64,000 bases of DNA from Nitrospirota bacterium (GCA_963790205.1 CAWBNQ010000001.1:1088001-1152000), one strand, 5' to 3'; counted from the stretch's first letter, positions 18,937 to 27,968 are shown. Notes: a model not told the origin generated them from the sequence alone. Translations and numbers: made by a program.

Positions 18937-20064
18937 TTAAATAATCAACCGAATTAAATGAATAAGTCTTCGTAATATATTAGAAGAATCATTGACACAA
19001 TAGACCGATACTTGCTTCCGTACTTTAAACCCATCTTCAATGCTTCCTCTTGTACATTTATGCTCGCCTACTTTTCCCAAGGTTGGTTTAAGGCAAGGAG
19101 GATCACAATTAAAGAAATATACTATTATGTGCAATAAAAGTGCGCCGAATGTAGTTAAATAAAATCCTATGAAGAACCAAAGAATTAGGCAATAATAAAA
19201 TATGTCGTGTTTGAAGCCATAATGGCGTGCACAGCAAATATATATGCATAGGCAAATAACACCAATACAACAATCGACCCACTTAGGATACTTTAAATAA
19301 TCATCACCTTCGTTTGTATAAATAATGAAACCGCTTTTTTCAAAAAGCTTTCTGGTTTTCCATAAATAATAATGCAGTAATTTCTTTACAAAAAAAGCGC
19401 TTGTCAGAATAAATATCGGGAAACTAAATTCCCAATTGGCCGAAAGCGTGGATTGATCCAATTCAAAAAAATGATGTACTACGAAAAACCCGAATATTGA
19501 GTTTAGTACCATTAGCCATATAGATGCCCAATATAGCGGTCCGAATTGGTCGGGAATCACCAGGTCGGGATCTAACTTATTATTAAGGCCGATATATTCT
19601 TCTTTGACAAAAGAATCATGAATAAGGTTTTGATATTTGTCTTTAAAGACCTTAAGATTGTTGTCGCCACTGTTAAATATTTTTTCAATCACTGCCGCTC
19701 TACCTTGAATGTACCTAAAAAGGAATCCATGCGATAAAATGTATTCGGATAACAGCCAGAGGATTATGTTACCTACAACACAAATAGCGAAGGCAAAATA
19801 GACCTCATTGCCGTCTATATGTAAAGACGTTAACGCCGACGAAAAATTGTAGTCTCCAATTAATGGAAATGTGCCGAAATTAGTTAGCCGTTTGAAGTCC
19901 TCAATAATGAATTTATAGGCTAGTGCAATAGCTGAAATTGCTACAATGAAATGCCATTTTGCTTTGAGTAGGTCGTCACTTATCTTGTTTAAATCATCCA
20001 GTAAACTTTTATGTTCGCTGATTAAAAATTCTCCAGACTTATCCCACATTTTATTCTCCGACAT
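18937..20064 (-). CDS. Hypothetical multi-pass membrane protein
   Basis: 375 aa, AT-rich, about six hydrophobic segments. Confidence 0.7.
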   Translation of the reverse strand: MSENKMWDKSGEFLISEHKSLLDDLNKISDDLLKAKWHFIVAISAIALAYKFIIEDFKRLTNFGTFPLIGDYNFSSALTSLHIDGNEVYFAFAICVVGNIILWLLSEYILSHGFLFRYIQGRAAVIEKIFNSGDNNLKVFKDKYQNLIHDSFVKEEYIGLNNKLDPDLVIPDQFGPLYWASIWLMVLNSIFGFFVVHHFFELDQSTLSANWEFSFPIFILTSAFFVKKLLHYYLWKTRKLFEKSGFIIYTNEGDDYLKYPKWVDCCIGVICLCIYICCARHYGFKHDIFYYCLILWFFIGFYLTTFGALLLHIIVYFFNCDPPCLKPTLGKVGEHKCTRGSIEDGFKVRKQVSVYCVNDSSNILRRLIHLIRLII

Positions 20065-20245
20065 TTGATCGACACTTTCCTGATAGCGATAATTCAGTCA
20101 TTGTAAAATGTTATTTCCCCCGATTCAGTAACACGGGGGACTGAAAATACGTTCTTAGCATATACTGGCCTGCATATATACTTATAAGTGGGCGTTCTCA
20201 CCGTCTTGGCCGAGCCTCTCGGTCGCTGCTGCACAACGTTATTGC

Positions 20246-20917
20246 TCAAACACGATCAAGCCAGTTCAGGTCGAAAAGGACGGGAAACCCGCAGGACTGG
20301 ATCGAGCAGAAGATCGGGAAGTCCTTCTCCGGGCAGAACACGAAAAGAACCTCCCTATGCTTGAATGAGAAGTCGCCCGGATAGCGCCACTCTCGTTCGT
20401 GCGTCGCATCGAAGCTCTCGGTAATGATGTTCACGAACGGCTGCAGATTATAAGGAATGAAGTTGTATACCCTGCGTTCAAATCGCTCGCCGGCAAATGT
20501 AACTTTCTCCTTGAGCAGGGATTCTCTGATGTTAAGGCACGGGTTTGCGCCACGCTCAAACAAGAAGTCCCGGTCAAATGCAAGCCCATACTGCGCATGG
20601 AAGACATCTCGGTGCGCCTTCAGCCCTGACAGGGTACTTTCAGTAAAGCAGACTGCATGCGAGTCGATCGGACCGTCAAACTCACCAGTTTCGGGGTCGA
20701 ACACGTTGGGGTTCACCCTGCTGTACCACCCCACTGCGGATGCCCCGAGGTAGGGCCTTGGGGGGGTGCTCCCTATGGCCAAGATTGAAAGAAGGTCGCT
20801 CTTGGCCTCTGCGTCGCTTAGGCCTTCGTTCTGACGGATCAGATGCGTCAGTAGAAAGGAGCAGTCGGAGCTAAGGCGAGCCAGTTCTTGAGCGGTTGCT
20901 GCATTGGTCTTCGACAT
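20246..20917 (-). CDS. AbiGi-like (abortive infection family) protein
   Basis: LTHL, VCFTES, YGLAF, GANP, HEREWR motif series. Confidence 0.65.
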   Translation of the reverse strand: MSKTNAATAQELARLSSDCSFLLTHLIRQNEGLSDAEAKSDLLSILAIGSTPPRPYLGASAVGWYSRVNPNVFDPETGEFDGPIDSHAVCFTESTLSGLKAHRDVFHAQYGLAFDRDFLFERGANPCLNIRESLLKEKVTFAGERFERRVYNFIPYNLQPFVNIITESFDATHEREWRYPGDFSFKHREVLFVFCPEKDFPIFCSIQSCGFPVLFDLNWLDRV

Positions 20918-21200
20918 GACCTGGAGCCCTCCAATCGTTTGCTACCATTCTTTTTCTTTGCGGACAGTGATTTTCAGGAAGCAGTCTCTACTGCAAAACT
21001 ATAGCATAAAAAGGTGATTTCATAAAGGATTCATCGATAATCACTTAGCTGCGGAGCCTTGCAAATAACGGCTTTAGTGAACACCACGAGTTGATTTTGA
21101 TTGCAGGGACTTCTCGACTACCAGAACTGCGCAGAAAACAATCCAGTTCCGCATGCTATAATGAGGTTACGACGAAGACGACTATGCTAAAAAGGCTATC

Positions 21201-21476
21201 ATGGGACGGACATCTATAGACATACGGGAGCTTAAGCGCCGATTGAGCCATTACTTGCGGCTGGTCAAGGCAGGGGAGTCCGTAGAAGTCAGCGACCGCG
21301 GGACGCCGATCGGCTGCATTATTCCGATGGCTTTACCAATAGCAGACCGTATAAAAGCATTGGATAAAGCCGGTCTACTACAGTGGAATAACCACAAACT
21401 CAAGCCTATGACGCCTATCGCGCTGACCCGGGGTAAGCGCACTGTTGCTGATCTACTGATTGAGAATCGTAAATGA
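21201..21476 (+). CDS. Phd/YefM family antitoxin (no adjacent toxin)
   Basis: IDIRELKRRLSHYLRLVKAGESVEVSDRGTPIGCIIP. Confidence 0.85.
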   Translation: MGRTSIDIRELKRRLSHYLRLVKAGESVEVSDRGTPIGCIIPMALPIADRIKALDKAGLLQWNNHKLKPMTPIALTRGKRTVADLLIENRK

Positions 21477-21559
21477 TCGAGCATCATTGGTGTCTGAAAC
21501 AGATGCATAAAGCTATTTTCCCATGTAATTGCAAGGCGTTGTGCATTATTTAACTTCAA

Positions 21560-21590
21560 TTATTGGATTTCAATAATTGAAATCCAATAA
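21560..21590. repeat. Perfect 15-bp inverted repeat with 1-nt spacer
   Basis: TTATTGGATTTCAAT-A-ATTGAAATCCAATAA. Confidence 0.9.
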
Positions 21591-21742
21591 AATCACTTCA
21601 TCAAGGGGTTCACACCCGCGACCACCAAGTTAACAGCCGAATCCAACTCATCAAGCTCGTATTCCACTTGCTCCATTCGTCTTCAGTAGTAAACAAAAGT
21701 AAACCAAATGAACACTGGAAAAACTCAGGGCTTTATTGCCAC

Positions 21743-21808
21743 TATCACTTTATTTTAGGATTAGTCTCATTATATTTTGTACAGTCTCATTTTATTTTGG
21801 AACTGACA
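21743..21808 (-). repeat. Distal transposon end with three closely spaced TnsB-binding-like sites
   Basis: Minus strand TGTCAGTT-CCAAAATAAAATGAGACT-GT-ACAAAATATAATGAGACT-AAT-CCTAAAATAAAGTGATA. Confidence 0.85.
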
Positions 21809-21809
21809 A

Positions 21810-21884
21810 ATTTTTGCCTTGACAGGTTTCTGCCCCATGAGTATTATACTGTACGTTTTCGGGGCACGAGAGCGGTGTAAATGA
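21810..21884 (+). pseudogene. 3' part of the interrupted DUF2892 gene
   Basis: IFALTGFCPMSIILYVFGARERCK* carries the family's GFCP motif and is in frame with 1651-1797. Confidence 0.88.
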
Positions 21885-21923
21885 TGGTTCTATGTAGATT
21901 GTTGCAGAAAGGGGTTTAATACA

Positions 21924-22127
21924 ATGCCGTTTTATGAATATGTATGCGAGTCGTGCGGCAAGGATTTCGTGCTTTTGCAGTCCATGACCGCTAAAACAGA
22001 GGACACGGTTTGCCCGTATTGCAGCGAAAAAAAATCAAAAAAAATGGTTTCCAAGTTTTCGTCGCCCGGCGGCGAGCATGCCAGTTGCAGTACCGGGAGT
22101 TCCTGGGGCGGCGGCTGAGGCGTCTAA
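21924..22127 (+). CDS. FmdB-family zinc-ribbon protein, probable C-terminal selenocysteine (UGA at 22116-22118)
   Basis: MPFYEYVCESC...CPYC; ends GGG-UGA-GV-TAA with a SECIS-like hairpin; ends at 22118 if UGA is a stop. Confidence 0.8.
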
Positions 22128-22130
22128 AGA

Positions 22131-22147
22131 GTCCGCCGTGAGCGGAT
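22131..22147 (+). promoter_or_regulatory. Putative bacterial SECIS hairpin
   Basis: GTCCGC-CGTGA-GCGGAT; loop starts 18 nt after the UGA. Confidence 0.6.
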
Positions 22148-22159
22148 CAAAAAATTCAG

Positions 22160-22191
22160 GCCTGAGAATCAATAGATTCTCAGGCTTTTTT
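22160..22191 (+). terminator. Intrinsic terminator
   Basis: GCCTGAGAATC-AATA-GATTCTCAGGC followed by T6. Confidence 0.85.
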
Positions 22192-22338
22192 GTGCAACTT
22201 TAAAAGCAAGCGCCAAATAACAAGCACGAAATTTCAAATAAACTCCAAATCTCAAGTACGAAATATCAAACGTTTGGATCATTGGTATCTGGAGCTTTGA
22301 TATTATTTGGGATTTGTAATCTGGAAGTTCAAAAAATT

Positions 22339-23259
22339 ATGTCCACCGGTTCCCTCAAAACGTTCCTCCAGCCCCGGTACTGGTATGCATGGCTGATCCT
22401 GGGATTCGTCCGGGTCGCGAGCTGGCTTCCGAGGCGCGTCCTCTGGGTCCTGGGCAACGCCCTGGGACTTATCTTTTTTCTGTTCCCCTCGCCGGCCCGC
22501 CGAATCGCCGCCAGGAATATCGAATTGTGTTTTCCGGATATGGGGCCGCGCGAGCGGCGCAAGCTGGCGCTTCGCCATTTCCGGTTGAGCGGATATGCCG
22601 TGGTCAGCCTCGCGGTCGCCTGGTGGGCCCCGAAATGGAGGGTCCGCTCGTTCATCAAATTCCGCGATCAACATCATCTCGACGACGCGCTGGCGAGCGG
22701 AAAGAACGTCATCCTGCTCGCCCCTCACTTCATCGGGCTGGACATGGGCGGCATCCGGCTGTCGCTGGAACGAAAGGCCGTCAGCATGTACCGGCAGTCG
22801 AGGAACCCCTTCCTTGAGTATATTTTTCAACGAAGGTCCCGGTTCGACGGCGTGGTCGTTGAGCGCATGGGCAATTTGAAAGCGCTGCTTCGCCACATCC
22901 GCCAGGGGCTGCCGTTCTACTATCTCCCGGACCAGGACATGGGCGAGCGCGCAAGCGTGTTCGCGCCATTTTTCGGCGTTCCCGCCGCGACCGTGACGGC
23001 CTTGAGCCGCATCGCGCACAGCACGAACGCGGCGGTCATTCCCTGCATCACCCGCGTACTGGGCAGCGGCAGAGGGTACGAGATGTGTTTGTATCCGCCG
23101 TTGAAAAATTTTCCGAGCGATGATCCCCTGGCGGATGCGAAGCGGATGAACGAAGAGGTCGAGAAGTGGGTCCGCGAGATGCCCGAGCAGTACATGTGGT
23201 CCTACCGCCGGTTCAAGACAAGGCCGAACAACGAACCGTCGCTGTACAGCAAAAAATAG
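22339..23259 (+). CDS. lpxL: Lipid A biosynthesis acyltransferase (LpxL/HtrB family)
   Basis: PHFIGLD HxxxxD motif, YLPDQD, PFFG, PEQYMWSYRRFKTRP. Confidence 0.88.
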   Translation: MSTGSLKTFLQPRYWYAWLILGFVRVASWLPRRVLWVLGNALGLIFFLFPSPARRIAARNIELCFPDMGPRERRKLALRHFRLSGYAVVSLAVAWWAPKWRVRSFIKFRDQHHLDDALASGKNVILLAPHFIGLDMGGIRLSLERKAVSMYRQSRNPFLEYIFQRRSRFDGVVVERMGNLKALLRHIRQGLPFYYLPDQDMGERASVFAPFFGVPAATVTALSRIAHSTNAAVIPCITRVLGSGRGYEMCLYPPLKNFPSDDPLADAKRMNEEVEKWVREMPEQYMWSYRRFKTRPNNEPSLYSKK

Positions 23260-23339
23260 CACGTTACCATCCTCCCCGCTCCCCTTGCATAGTCCCCATT
23301 TCACTTGCGCGGACCGTTTCCTTTCCTGTATCATGCGTC

Positions 23340-24059
23340 ATGCATCCTGTCTGGCACTATATTGATTCCGGTTCAAACATCGGCGCCTACAATATGGCTG
23401 TTGACGAAGAACTGCTCGCTCGTGCGCAGGCGGGGGAGGCCATGCCCGTGCTTCGGTTCTACGGGTGGGATCCTCCTGCCGTGTCGATCGGCAGGTTTCA
23501 GCACATTGAGTCGGCGGTAAATGCCGATGCGTGCAGGAAGCGCGGCTTCGACATCGTACGAAGGATCACCGGCGGCAGGGCCGTGCTCCATCATCGCGAG
23601 CTTACCTACAGCATCATTGCGCGTATCGATAATCCGCTCTTCCCTTCGAGCGTGCTCGGCACATACAAGGTGATAGCCGCGGGTCTTCTCGCCGGCCTCA
23701 AGAACCTCGGCATCGACGCTGAGATGGTCTCGCGCGGCGGCCGGCATGCAGCACTCGTAGAAAAGAAATCGAAAGACCAGGCCTGCTTTTCCTCTCCTTC
23801 GTGGTATGAAATTCTCGCGAAGGGGAAGAAGATCGCGGGCAGCGCCCAGCGCAGGATGAGGGGGGCCTTCCTCCAGCACGGCTCGATCCTCATCGGGTAT
23901 GATCCGACGTTAGAAGCCTCGGTAATCCCCGGGGGTTTCAACGGTGATGTCGTCACCTGTATCGAGCGAGAACTGGGCCGCGGTGCCCCACTCGAGGCAG
24001 TGAAGCAGGCGTTCGTGAAGGGGTTCTCGGAAGAATTGGGAATTGAATTCAGAGTCTAA
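23340..24059 (+). CDS. Lipoate-protein ligase A / octanoyltransferase family protein
   Basis: NMAVDEELL, RRITGGRAVLH, KKIAGSAQRR, LQHGS. Confidence 0.9.
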   Translation: MHPVWHYIDSGSNIGAYNMAVDEELLARAQAGEAMPVLRFYGWDPPAVSIGRFQHIESAVNADACRKRGFDIVRRITGGRAVLHHRELTYSIIARIDNPLFPSSVLGTYKVIAAGLLAGLKNLGIDAEMVSRGGRHAALVEKKSKDQACFSSPSWYEILAKGKKIAGSAQRRMRGAFLQHGSILIGYDPTLEASVIPGGFNGDVVTCIERELGRGAPLEAVKQAFVKGFSEELGIEFRV

Positions 24060-24191
24060 TATCTGTCACGGAAACCAAGAGTTCAAACAACGCAACGTTT
24101 CCCTGCCTTGACTCGGGTAGCCGTTCTCTCTAAGGGACCGATGTTTATTACCGGCCCACGTCAGTTGCGTACTGTTTCGCGTATGGGGTGA

Positions 24192-25142
24192 ATGATGAAA
24201 GCAGTCGTTTTCAATAAATACGGCGGCAATGACGTTGTGGATGTCAGGGACGTGCCCGTGCCGGTTCCCGGCCCGGATGAAGTGCTGATCAAGATCCGTG
24301 CCGCGAGCGTCAATCCGGTGGACTGGAAGATGCGTTCCGGCATGCTCAGGATCGTCACGGGCGGCAGGTTCCCCAAGATCCTCGGCAGGGAGTGTGCCGG
24401 AAAGGTCATCGCAACCGGCAACAAGGTGACGAGGTTCAAGACGGGAGATCAGGCCGTCATGCTTCCGGCGATCAGAAGCATGGGCGCTTTTGCCGAATAC
24501 GCCTGCGCTCCTGAGAAGACGACCTATCTCAAATCACGAACGATGTCTTTTGAAGAAGCTGCGTGTATCCCCATCGCCGGTCTTACCGCACTCCAGGCGC
24601 TCCGGGACAAGGGCAGGATAGCGCCCGGCCAGAAGGTCCTGATCAACGGAGCTTCGGGCGGGGTGGGGCACTTCGCCGTCCAGATCGGCAAGATATTCGG
24701 CGCGGACGTCACCGGGGTCTGCAGCGAAGCGAATAGCGGTTTCGTTAAGGGCCTCGGCGCGGACAGCGTGATCGATTATACAAAAGAGGATTTCACCAAG
24801 GGCCGCGAGCAATATGATATTATCTTCGATGCCGTGGCGAAACGCTCCTTCGGCGCGTGCAAGGATGTCCTCGTTGAACGCGGCAGGTACGTAAGCACCC
24901 TGCCGTCTCCTGCCGTCCTCCTGAACAGATATCTCACCGGCTTCCTGACGCGGAAGAAGGCCACGGACATCTGGGTCAAGCCGAACGCGGCAGACATCGA
25001 ATGGATGCAGAATCAGATCGAATCGGGCAGGATCAGGATCGCCATTGACAAGATATACCCCTTGGACCGGGCGAAGGAAGCCCTGGCGTACAGCGAGACC
25101 GGGAAGGCAAGGGGAAAGATCGTGCTCACAATCAGTTCATAG
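24192..25142 (+). CDS. NAD(P)-dependent medium-chain (quinone) oxidoreductase
   Basis: AASVNPVDWK, GLTALQAL, NGASGGVGHFAVQ, GKARGKIV. Confidence 0.9.
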   Translation: MMKAVVFNKYGGNDVVDVRDVPVPVPGPDEVLIKIRAASVNPVDWKMRSGMLRIVTGGRFPKILGRECAGKVIATGNKVTRFKTGDQAVMLPAIRSMGAFAEYACAPEKTTYLKSRTMSFEEAACIPIAGLTALQALRDKGRIAPGQKVLINGASGGVGHFAVQIGKIFGADVTGVCSEANSGFVKGLGADSVIDYTKEDFTKGREQYDIIFDAVAKRSFGACKDVLVERGRYVSTLPSPAVLLNRYLTGFLTRKKATDIWVKPNAADIEWMQNQIESGRIRIAIDKIYPLDRAKEALAYSETGKARGKIVLTISS

Positions 25143-25171
25143 TTCAGAGTACACAGTACAGAGTAAAATCC

Positions 25172-26779
25172 ATGGTGAACGCATCGATAATCGGGCAGAA
25201 AGACCATGACTACGACTTCATAATCGTCGGATCAGGATTCGGCGGCTCCGTGTCCGCGCTTCGGCTCGCTGAGAAGGGCTGCAAGGTTATGGTCCTCGAA
25301 AAAGGGAAGCGGCTCACGGGGAAGGATTTCCCCAAAAGGAACTGGAACCTGAGGAAATGGTTCTGGCTGCCGGCGTTCAGGTTCTTCGGATTTTTTAAAA
25401 TCACCTGGTTCCGCCACGTCACGATCCTGTCCGGCGTGGGCGTGGGAGGCGGCTCGCTGGTTTACGCCAACACGCTCCCGGTCCCGAAGCCGGAATTCTT
25501 TAAGGCTGCGAGTTGGGCCCATCTCGCGGACTGGGAAGAGGAAATCAAGGGATTCTATCCCCTGGCGACGAAGATGCTCGGATCGGTCCAATGTCCGCGT
25601 TTGGAGACCGGGGACCGAGCGCTCAAGACCCTGGCAGAACAGATCGGCAAGGCAGAGGGCTTCGAACCCACGAAGGTCGCTGTTTTTTTCGGAGAGCCGG
25701 AGAAGACCGTTCCTGACCCATATTTTAACGGCAAGGGGCCGGAGCGCGCGGGCTGCGTTTTCTGCGGCGGGTGCATGGTCGGCTGCCGGTATAACGCGAA
25801 GAACACGCTGGACAAGAACTACCTTTATTTAGCGGAACAACTGGGAACCACGATCCAACCGGAGTCGGAAGTGTACGACGTCGTCCCGCTGGGCAAGGCT
25901 GACGGATCGGAAGGCTATCGGGTGAAATGGAGGTCGTCAACAGCGCTGCTTAAAAAAAGAGGGGACTACACCTGCCAAGGCATTATCTTTTCCGGAGGAG
26001 TGCTCGGCACCGTATCGCTTCTTCTGAAACTCAAAGAGGCGTCGCTTCCGAACCTATCCGATATGATCGGGGCGCATGTGCGTACGAACTCCGAAAGTTT
26101 GATTGGAATAACGACCTTTGACAAACAAGCGGTCTTCTCCGACGGTATCGCGATCAGTTCCATTCTCCATACCGACACGCACAGCCATTTGGAGCCGGTA
26201 CGCTATCCAGCGGGCTCCGGGTTCTGGCGGCTTTTGGGAGCGCCCCTTGCCCAGGGAAGAAATGTCATGGTCAGAGTAGCCAAGGTCATTGTCGATCTTG
26301 TTCGTCATCCCGCGAAGAACCTGAAAGTTTTTTTCATCGACGATTGGGCCAAGAGAACGCAGATCCTGCTCTCCATGCGCACGCTCGACAGCACCTTTCG
26401 CTTCTGCCGGGGCCTATTCGGCATGAAGACCGTGGCAGAGATGGGGGAGCGGCCGACGGCCTTTGTTCCCGAAGCAGGAGATCTTGCGAAACGGTACGCT
26501 AAAATCGTAAACGGAAAACCCATGGTGCTCCTTACGGAAACGCTTTTCGGCATCCCCACGACCGCGCATATCCTGGGAGGGTGCGTCATGGGAAAGGACC
26601 GGAACGAAGGCGTGATCGACAAGGACAATCGCGTTTTCGGGTACCGGAATATGTACATCTGCGACGGCTCCATGATATCGGCCAACCCGGGTGTGAACCC
26701 CTCGCTCACGATCACGGCGCTCACGGAGCGGGCGATGAGCAAAATTGCGGAGAAGGGCGGCAACTCCCCCCAGTTTTAA
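25172..26779 (+). CDS. GMC oxidoreductase, cholesterol oxidase-like
   Basis: GSGFGGSV FAD motif, GVGGGSLVYAN, CVFCGGCMVGC, TAHILGG, NPGVNPSLTI. Confidence 0.9.
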   Translation: MVNASIIGQKDHDYDFIIVGSGFGGSVSALRLAEKGCKVMVLEKGKRLTGKDFPKRNWNLRKWFWLPAFRFFGFFKITWFRHVTILSGVGVGGGSLVYANTLPVPKPEFFKAASWAHLADWEEEIKGFYPLATKMLGSVQCPRLETGDRALKTLAEQIGKAEGFEPTKVAVFFGEPEKTVPDPYFNGKGPERAGCVFCGGCMVGCRYNAKNTLDKNYLYLAEQLGTTIQPESEVYDVVPLGKADGSEGYRVKWRSSTALLKKRGDYTCQGIIFSGGVLGTVSLLLKLKEASLPNLSDMIGAHVRTNSESLIGITTFDKQAVFSDGIAISSILHTDTHSHLEPVRYPAGSGFWRLLGAPLAQGRNVMVRVAKVIVDLVRHPAKNLKVFFIDDWAKRTQILLSMRTLDSTFRFCRGLFGMKTVAEMGERPTAFVPEAGDLAKRYAKIVNGKPMVLLTETLFGIPTTAHILGGCVMGKDRNEGVIDKDNRVFGYRNMYICDGSMISANPGVNPSLTITALTERAMSKIAEKGGNSPQF

Positions 26780-26800
26780 CAATGTGTCGCCGTGGTCCAA

Positions 26801-26857
26801 TCCTGCCACCCGTATTAATAATAACTCCGAACTGTGAACTCTGAACCGCAGTCAGCC
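26801..26857 (+). repeat. Direct repeat A copy 1 (with TGAACTN heptamer tract)
   Basis: TCCTGCCACCCGTATTAATAATAACTCCGAACTGTGAACTCTGAACCGCAGTCAGCC; near-identical to 27905-27968. Confidence 0.85.
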
Positions 26858-26877
26858 TTTCCGCGTCTTCAAATTCC

Positions 26878-26905
26878 TTGACAAAATAAAGGCGAGTACT
26901 ATAAT
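26878..26905 (+). promoter_or_regulatory. Consensus sigma70 promoter
   Basis: TTGACA-N16-TATAAT. Confidence 0.75.
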
Positions 26906-26963
26906 CGTGAACGTGCAATCACAAAGGACAAATAGGCCGCGCATGCGGGCGTCGGAGGAGAGC

Positions 26964-27767
26964 ATGACTACTTTTTGCAAGGACGGATCCATGACGCCGG
27001 GAGCGTCTGCGGCCGGGAAGGTGTTCACCCTATGGGCGCTCTTTGGCGCGCTCATTGTCCCTCTCATCGTTTCATGCGGTCTGCGGGTTCCGCAGGAGGG
27101 CGGCGACCTGAGAGACAAAATTTTCAATGCCTACGGAGGCAGAGAACGTCTCTCGCAGATCCATTCGATAGCCGCGGAGGGGAAGATAACCGCACTGGTC
27201 AGGGGAGACCGCGGCGTTTACCGTCGCGCCCTGCGCAGGGACGGCAAATTGTTCGTGGACATCCAATACGCCCGGTCCCGGGAAACGCGCATCCTGAACG
27301 GGACCCGCGCGCTCCGCGGCATCGATGGAAAGATCGAGGAGGCCAGCGGCCCCGGCTATCGTGCCATGGTATACCAGTACAACGAGCTGAGCATGCCCTT
27401 TGCGCTGCTCGACAACTCCTTCGAGGTGAGCGACGAGGGCCACGATTCCGTGAACGGCGCCGTTGTCAGCGTTCTCCGATGCACGGACCGGGCGGGGAAC
27501 AGCATTGATGTGTTCGTTGACGATGCGACGTATCGGATCGTCAAAACGTCCGGCATTTTTTCGATGGGGGACCAGTCGACGATGCTGAGCGCCGTGTTCG
27601 GCGATTTCAGGTTCTTCGAAGGCGTGCTCATGCCCTTCAAGATCATCAATTACGCGGGAGACACGAAGATCAGCGAAACGATCATCGATGATTATCTCTT
27701 CAACGCGCGCCTGAGCGATGCGCTGTTTGATCCCCATGCGCATATTCAGGACCATCCGAAAGATTGA
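26964..27767 (+). CDS. Hypothetical exported (lipo)protein, beta-rich; start uncertain
   Basis: Hydrophobic segment ending LIVSC; AYGGRERL...DFRFFEGVLMPFKI pattern reminiscent of LolA-like proteins. Confidence 0.65.
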   Translation: MTTFCKDGSMTPGASAAGKVFTLWALFGALIVPLIVSCGLRVPQEGGDLRDKIFNAYGGRERLSQIHSIAAEGKITALVRGDRGVYRRALRRDGKLFVDIQYARSRETRILNGTRALRGIDGKIEEASGPGYRAMVYQYNELSMPFALLDNSFEVSDEGHDSVNGAVVSVLRCTDRAGNSIDVFVDDATYRIVKTSGIFSMGDQSTMLSAVFGDFRFFEGVLMPFKIINYAGDTKISETIIDDYLFNARLSDALFDPHAHIQDHPKD

Positions 27768-27904
27768 GGCCGACACCCGAGGCGACGATCTGGGTCAACA
27801 CGCGCCGCGCACGATCATTACGCTTGCCGGGCGGGCGATGAACAGGATGCCTGAGAAGGCGCGGCAGCTCACCACAGGTTTAACAGCGTATCACTGCGGT
27901 CGTC

Positions 27905-27968
27905 TCCTGCCATCCGTATTAATAATAACTCTGAACTGTGAACTCTGAACTTTGAACTGCAGTCAGCC
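27905..27968 (+). repeat. Direct repeat A copy 2 (one extra heptamer)
   Basis: TCCTGCCATCCGTATTAATAATAACTCTGAACTGTGAACTCTGAACTTTGAACTGCAGTCAGCC. Confidence 0.85.

Larger units (their letters stand above)
1802..21808 (+). mobile_element. Complete Tn7-like transposon (~20 kb)
   Basis: Terminal inverted repeats TGTCAGTACCACTAAATAATGAGACT (1802) and reverse complement TGTCAGTTCCAAAATAAAATGAGACT (ending 21808); flanks GATTT/AATTT (4/5 match of a 5-bp TSD); tnsA-tnsB-tniB-tniQ inside; flanks rejoin into one ORF; lower GC than flanks. Confidence 0.93.

Noticed and set aside
20180..20245. Integron attC site after the AbiGi-like gene
   Set aside because: A TAAC and a short hairpin are present, but no matching GTTRRRY box or full attC pairing was found
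1802..21808. CRISPR-associated transposon (CAST)
   Set aside because: No cas-like ORF and no repeat-spacer array seen within or beside the element
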